DNA of 64,000 bases from the NCBI GenBank assembly GCA_964016885.1, contig OZ024759.1, forward strand, positions 15,376,001 through 15,440,000, given 5' to 3'. This document shows positions 57,555 to 64,000 of the stretch, piece by piece. The translations under genes were made by a program, and so were the position numbers. The first letter of the stretch is position 1, and each line of letters opens with the position of its first letter. Under the pieces are notes generated by a model, which searched no databases, was not told the DNA's origin, and was given only the letters and a program-made list of their open reading frames with translations. The stretch comes from Eledone cirrhosa. Lineage: Eukaryota.

Positions 57555-58529
57555 ATAGTATTAGTTATACTATTTATGGTTATGTAAATACAAAGCCTTA
57601 AGCAGTTGTAAGTATTTTACACACACCCTAAATAGTGGTAGGCAGTAATGTATTACTACCTTATTACCAGTAAGTTAAGTAGCTCAATGTAAAAACATCA
57701 GATGATTTACAGAGCAGTTATATGAAATATAAGAATCAAAGAACTGTTCAAAACATTATTGTGCTTACAGCTGTTTCCTCCAAATCGAGGTTTGGATTCT
57801 TCGGAGCAATTTATTAATGCATGGACAGTTATATGACCTCCTTTTCAGCCGAGAGACATACCAAATACATATTCAAACATTGATACATATTCAAACATTG
57901 TGGGTCAACATTCATTACAGAATTTAGAGTGGCAGTACACACTTCGAGATTACATTTATATTAATAGGTACAATCAAAAATCAAAGATATAGGTTAAAGT
58001 ACAACATGAAGATAAGTGGTTATATAGTGCAAATGTTATATGTGTGGCACGCATGTGCGTCTTGTTTATATAGTGTGGCAGAGAGATATGTGTGGTAGAG
58101 GCACTTAGGTAGGTAAATAAGAGTGTTAGGTTGGTAGGTCTGGTGGCAAAGTCTTTATATGATTGATATAGTCTGTGTGTGGAGAAATATTATAAGCATT
58201 AAAGATAGTGCAAGCATTAAAAGTGTTATAAGTATTGGAGATGCACAGCGCAGGGATGTCAAGTAATTCATGTACTTCGGCATTTTCATGGTCAAGGGAG
58301 TGTATATTTCGATTATATGCCTTTCACATAATCCACGACAATCCAGTAAGAGATCGTAGTCTGGTGTTCTTTAGTTCGATACAGGGGGATGTTACGTTTC
58401 GAGAAACGCCATTGAATACCGGAAGTGTGTGTGTGGCTAAGGGGAGTTAATGCATGCGGGGAGGTAACTCTGGGGTTTCTATATCTAGCCATTAAAATGT
58501 GTCCCAATATAGACCCTAAATTCTATGGT
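57555..58529 (-). repeat. 5' pseudo-LTR
   Basis: Direct repeat of 53383-54357. Confidence 0.95.
57762..57808 (-). ncRNA. Hammerhead ribozyme in the 5' pLTR, ~250 nt upstream of the ORF start
   Basis: Identical to 53590-53636. Confidence 0.82.
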
Positions 58530-58580
58530 TATATATATATATATATATATAAATATATATAAATATATATATATATAAAT

Positions 58581-58631
<51 letters not shown>

Positions 58632-58864
58632 AATATATATATATATAAATATATATATATATAAATATATATATATATAAATATATATATATATAAATAT
58701 ATATATATAAATATATATATATACATATATAAATAAATATACATATATATATATATACATATATAAATAAATATACATATATATATATACATATATAAAT
58801 AAATATACATATATATATATATACATATATAAATAAATATTTATATATATATAATTATTAATGA

Positions 58865-59622
58865 TACTATTTATGGTTATGTATATACTAAAACTGTTTA
58901 TAGTTATATATATTTTAAACCCTAAACAGTGAAGGTCAGTAATTTATTACTACCTTGTTACCAGTAAGATAAATAGCTCAATGTAATGACATCAGTTGTT
59001 CTACAGAGCAGTTATATAGAATTCACAAGAATCAAAACTATGTTCAAAGCATTTATTCACTTACAATTGTTTCATCCAAACCAAGGCTTGGAGTCTTCGA
59101 AGCATTTTTCAATGTTTGTACACATAATTGACATCCTTTCCAACGCAAGAGACATAAAGATACATATATATATATTGATGTACAGTGGAGTGACATATAT
59201 TATATTATATTATTTCTGTATAGCAATTCAAATTCAAAATCAAAATCACATTAAAACAAAATCAAAACAAAATTAAAATACAATCGGCAGTTAACATAGA
59301 TAATGCGAGAGGATAGTTTGTTAGTCAGATGTAGTAGTTAGTTTAGTTATTGTATGCGTTAGTTACACGTGGGGCATGCATGTGTGTCTCATGTATATAT
59401 GATTATTGTGCGGCAGGGTGTTACATGTAATAGAAGCACTTTAAGCGGGTAAGTAAGTACATCAATATATATATATGTATCTGTATGTCTCTTGCGTTGG
59501 AAATCAGGTCGATTATGTGTACAAACATTGAAAAATGTTCCGAAGACTCGAAGCCTAGGTGTGGATGAAAAAATTGTAAGTGAATAAATGCTTTGAACAT
59601 AGCTTTGATTCTTGTGCATTCC
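58865..59622. mobile_element. Diverged pLTR relative forming a fold-back (arms ~59020-59180 / ~59458-59622) with two degenerate HHRs
   Basis: Collinear similarity to the pLTR end (TACTATTTATGGTTATGTA..TTACCAGTAAG..TACAGAGCAGTTATA). Cores TCGAAGA (minus) and CCGAAGA (plus). Confidence 0.8.
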
Positions 59623-60299
59623 ATATATATATATATATATAAATAAATATACATATATATAAATACGTATATAAATAAATATACATATATATATATACAT
59701 ATATAAATAAATATACATATATATATACATATATAAATAAATATACATATATATATACATATATAAATAAATATACATATATATATACATATATAAATAA
59801 ATATACATATATATATACATATATAAATAAATATACATATATATATATATACATATATAAATAAATATACATATATATATATACATATATAAATAAATAT
59901 ACATATATATATACATATATAAATAAATATACATATATATATATATACATATATACATATATATATATACATATATAAATAAATATACATATATATATAT
60001 ATACATATATAAATAAATATACATATATATATATACATATATAAATAAATATACATATATATATATACATATATATATATATAAATAAATACATATATAT
60101 ATACATATATATATACATATATATATACATATATATATATATACATATATATATACATATATATATACATATATAAATACATATATCCATATATATATAT
60201 ATATACATACATATATACATACACATATATATATATACCTTAGACGATCGACTTTCGTCAAATCGGACCTACGAAACAATGTTTCCGTCGGTCTTTCCA

Positions 60300-60455
60300 G
60301 TTGCTAGTACTATCTATCGGTCGCAACTCCGGGTAGAAGGAACAACGTGAAATAAAGTGTCTTGCCCAAGGACATAACGCATCGCCCGGTCCACGAATCG
60401 AACTCACAACCTCAAGATTGTGAATCCAAATCTCTAACCACTCAGCCACACACCT
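60300..60455 (-). mobile_element. SINE family 2: tRNA head + CORE-like domain
   Basis: Minus strand TGGCTGAGTGG (A box), GAGTTCGATTC (B box), GTCCTTGGGCAAGACACTT resembling the CORE/MIR domain. Confidence 0.8.
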
Positions 60456-60633
60456 TCACATACATGTATATATACATATATACACATACATATATATATA
60501 CTTACATATATAGATATATATACATACATATATATATATACTTACATATATACATATATATACATATATATATACATATATATATATACATACATATATA
60601 CATATATATATATATACATATATACATACATAT

Positions 60634-60722
<89 letters not shown>

Positions 60723-60725
60723 CAC

Positions 60726-60780
<55 letters not shown>

Positions 60781-60811
60781 CATATATATATACACATATA
60801 TATATATATAT

Positions 60812-60848
<37 letters not shown>

Positions 60849-60859
60849 CATATATATAT

Positions 60860-60944
<85 letters not shown>

Positions 60945-60979
60945 TATATATGTATATACATACATATATATATATATGC

Positions 60980-61012
<33 letters not shown>

Positions 61013-61121
61013 GTAGTAATAATAATAAATATGAAGACTAAAATCCAAATAGGGCTCGATAAGGATAAATATATATCAAAGAGGGAAAGCAGCGATAATT
61101 TGCTTAAACTTTAATCTGTTA

Positions 61122-61168
<47 letters not shown>

Positions 61169-61356
61169 CGAAGGAAATGTGGTAAGGAACCAGGTGGACC
61201 ATAACGCACCAAAGTACTCAATACTTAGGGTAGTAGAGTGGGTAATAGGAACAAGTAAGACCCCGACGGCTGAGCTCAAGCCGTTTCGACGGCTAATTCT
61301 GGACTAGAATTAGCCGTCGAAACGGCTTGAGCTCAGCCGTTGGGGTCTTACTTGTT

Positions 61357-61389
<33 letters not shown>

Positions 61390-61775
61390 GTATATATAAA
61401 TAACGCAGGAAGTGTGGTAATGTACCAGATTGACCATAACGCACCAGAGTACTCAATACTTAGGCCAGTAGTGTGGGTAATATGAAAATGGTCACGGTAG
61501 AGCTCAAGCCGTCCAGAAATAGCCGTCGACTCGGCATGAGCTCTAACGTCGTGTTTTGACCATTTTCCTATATGTATTCGTTAGCCTCATATCAAGACGG
61601 TAATAAGTTACCGGCGGCATATTTGTATACTTACATAAAAAGATCGTACTTTTGCATGGAGATCTGATGATGTTACTTGGAGACTTTAAGGATATAACCA
61701 TTACATAACTCTGCCATCGAAATATATATAATGCAATAAAACAATTATGTATAAGTAATCCAGTCTTAAGAACAT

Positions 61776-61985
61776 TTGGCAGAATCTGTAGAGGGTCGGA
61801 CGCCATGCTTTGAAGCATAGGGTTACGGCTCTTTACGATCTGAATTAAAATCCCGCCGAGGTTAACTTTGCCTTTCATCCTGACGGGGTCGATAAAATAA
61901 AGTTCCCGTAATGCACTGGAGTCGATTTAATAGACTTTCCCCTCCCTCAAAATTGCTGGCCCTGTGTCTAAATAAGAGACCATTA
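61776..61985 (+). mobile_element. SINE family 1 copy
   Basis: Shared head and central domain. Confidence 0.8.
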
Positions 61986-62478
61986 TATAACGGGTGTGTA
62001 TTATTGTGTATAGAAGATTATCCTTTTATTAATATATATATATATATATGCGTGTGTGTGTGAGTGTTTGTCAATGTACAATGTATACGTTTGTGTTTGT
62101 GGCTCTCTTTATTCTTTATGTTACGTAATTTAGCTGTTGTCGTGGAAACGAGAACAATATAGTATCAACCAGATTCGAAAAATAACTAAAAATATCTAAA
62201 CCAATATATTCGATAGTATAGACAAAACTAAAATGCTGCCCCAGCATGGCTATATTTTAATGCTTTAAACCAGTAAAATAATAAGGAATAAATGAATAGG
62301 CATAATAAATATTAATTCAAGGAAATACCGCGCATTATGTTTCCTTGAATATTCAGTTTCATTAGAATGGAGATAACATTATCACGGCGATATCAATTAC
62401 CCGACTTCACCACAAGATAAACAATAAAATATAAGACGTCGAAAATGTTAACGATGTTTGCTTTTGCCTTCTTATCAT

Positions 62479-62516
<38 letters not shown>

Positions 62517-62609
62517 TATAGATATATATATGTGTGTGTATGTGTGTGTATGTGTGTGTATATATATGTATATATGTTTATATATGTACATTATATATAC
62601 AAATATGTG

Positions 62610-62701
<92 letters not shown>

Positions 62702-62994
62702 GTATGTTTATGTAAATATTTATATATATATATATGTATATGTATATATATGTGTGTGTGTATATCTATATATGCATATGTATGTGTATATATGTGTATA
62801 TATATGCATATGTATATATATATATGTAAATGTGTATATACATATATGTATATTATATATATGTGTGTGTATATATATATATATATGTGTGTGTATGCGT
62901 ATATATTTATACGTGTGTTGGTGTGTGTGTGTGTGTGTATTTTCTTTCTTATTGTAAACCCATTATAAATTTTTTTTTTAATTGGCTTCTTTTT

Positions 62995-63170
62995 TTTTGT
63001 TATTGTTGATGATGTTGCTATTCTGGGTTACTGCTTCTAGCATTGCTGCCATTGCTGATGTTGTTGTTGTTGTTGCTGCTGTTATTGAAGATGGTGGTGT
63101 TGTTATTGTGGGAGATGGTGGTGTTGTTGTTGTTGTGGCTGTTTTAACTGTTGTTGGTATTGCCTCCGTT
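62995..63170. repeat. (GTT/GTG/GCT)n low-complexity tract (similar tract 63850-64000)
   Basis: Direct reading. Confidence 0.85.
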
Positions 63171-63219
63171 ACCATCACTACCGTCGGTGCCATTTTTCCC
63201 TGGTGGTCTTCTCGCTGAA

Positions 63220-63585
63220 TAGGCAATATCGGTACTTCGTCAGACGTCATACTTTGCAGCATAGAGTTATGGCCCTTTGCGTTTTAGTTCAAATCCATCC
63301 AAGGTTAACTTTGCCATTTATCCTTACAGGGTCGATAAAATAAAGTACCAGTAATGCACTAGGGTTATTGCTGGCCTTGTGCCAAAATAGAAACAATTAT
63401 ATATATGGTGGATTTGTACTATCGGTAGAGCATCAGACAATATGCTTTTCAGCATAGAGTCATGTCCCTTTACAGTCTGAGTTCAAATCCCGCAGGGATT
63501 AACTTTCCTTTCTTCCTTACAGGTTCGGTAATATAAAGTACCAGTAATGTACTGGATTACTGCTGGCCTTGTGCCAAAAGTATTA
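63220..63585 (+). mobile_element. Two tandem SINE family 1 copies
   Basis: GTTCAAATCC B boxes at ~63287 and ~63481, each followed by the central domain. Confidence 0.8.
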
Positions 63586-63627
63586 TTGAACATGTTGCTG
63601 CTGTTATTGTTGTAGTTGTTGCTTGTA

Positions 63628-63805
63628 CAGTGAAATTCCGTTATAACGAAATTCATGGGGTATAAAAAAAAATCGTTGTAATGAAAACGAAAAATTCTTT
63701 ATACGAGGTCGACTTAACACATCGAGCGTCTGGCGAGGGATTGAAATAAATTCCTTGTACTGAAAAATTCGTTATAATGGTATTCGTTATAAGGGTTTTT
63801 AAATG
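63628..63805. mobile_element. Tigger/pogo-like MITE
   Basis: TA|CAGTGAAATTCCGTTATAACGAA ... TTCGTTATAAGGGTTTTTAAATG|TA imperfect TIRs with TA TSD. Confidence 0.65.
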
Positions 63806-64000
63806 TAGTGTTGACGTTACCATTGATATTGTCACTGTTATTTATCCTGAAGTTGTTGTTGTTGTGGATGTTGTAGTGGATGTTGTTGCTGCTGTAGTTA
63901 TAGTGTTGTTGTTGATGTTGTAGTTATAGTGTTGTTGGTGTTATAGTTGTAGTTGTTGATGCTGTTGTAGATATAGTGTTGGTATTGCTGTTGTAGTTAT

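Larger units (their letters stand above)
53383..58529 (-). mobile_element. Full-length Penelope-like retroelement with pseudo-LTRs, inserted in (TA)n
   Basis: Intact RT + GIY-YIG ORF between ~975-bp direct repeats offset by 4172 bp. (TA)n on both sides. Confidence 0.96.

Noticed and set aside
54063-58507. Duplicated 71-aa and 64-aa ORFs
   Set aside because: Incidental ORFs within the two pLTR copies
53383-58529. LTR retrotransposon
   Set aside because: No TG..CA ends, PBS, gag, protease or integrase; RT + GIY-YIG identifies a PLE with pseudo-LTRs
60380-60455. tRNA gene
   Set aside because: A/B boxes run into a CORE-like SINE body and there is no complete cloverleaf
61655-61740. CTGATGA...GAAATATATATAAT possible HHR (similar isolated cores at ~1253 and ~23519, minus)
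   Set aside because: Stem I pairing is poor or the GAAA half is missing, so not counted

Overview
Very AT-rich, microsatellite-saturated eukaryotic DNA, roughly half (TA)n-type simple repeat. The tRNA-derived SINEs, RTE LINEs and (TA)n density resemble an octopus-type cephalopod genome (inference). Almost all ORFs in the supplied track are YI/IY microsatellite artefacts. The only long intact protein is an 819-aa Penelope-like retroelement (PLE) RT + GIY-YIG ORF (55053-57512, minus), flanked by near-identical ~975-bp direct repeats (pseudo-LTRs), each carrying a hammerhead ribozyme (HHR). The main hidden signal is an HHR-based mobile-RNA system with more than 30 HHR or HHR-derived motifs read by eye. 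It includes a 4.5-kb palindrome of 310-bp retrozyme-like monomers with 14 intact minimal type-I HHRs (5447-9946) and a diverged monomer of that family with a covarying ribozyme arm (38059-38415). It also includes many short fold-back elements in (TA)n whose ribozyme-sense strands consistently point outward from the hairpin centre. Other content: decayed RTE LINEs, a bipartite RTE-derived element, a non-autonomous Helitron, hAT/Tigger/mariner MITEs, two SINE families, a 91-bp satellite and one plausible host exon. All structures were paired by eye. No folding or database searches were run.
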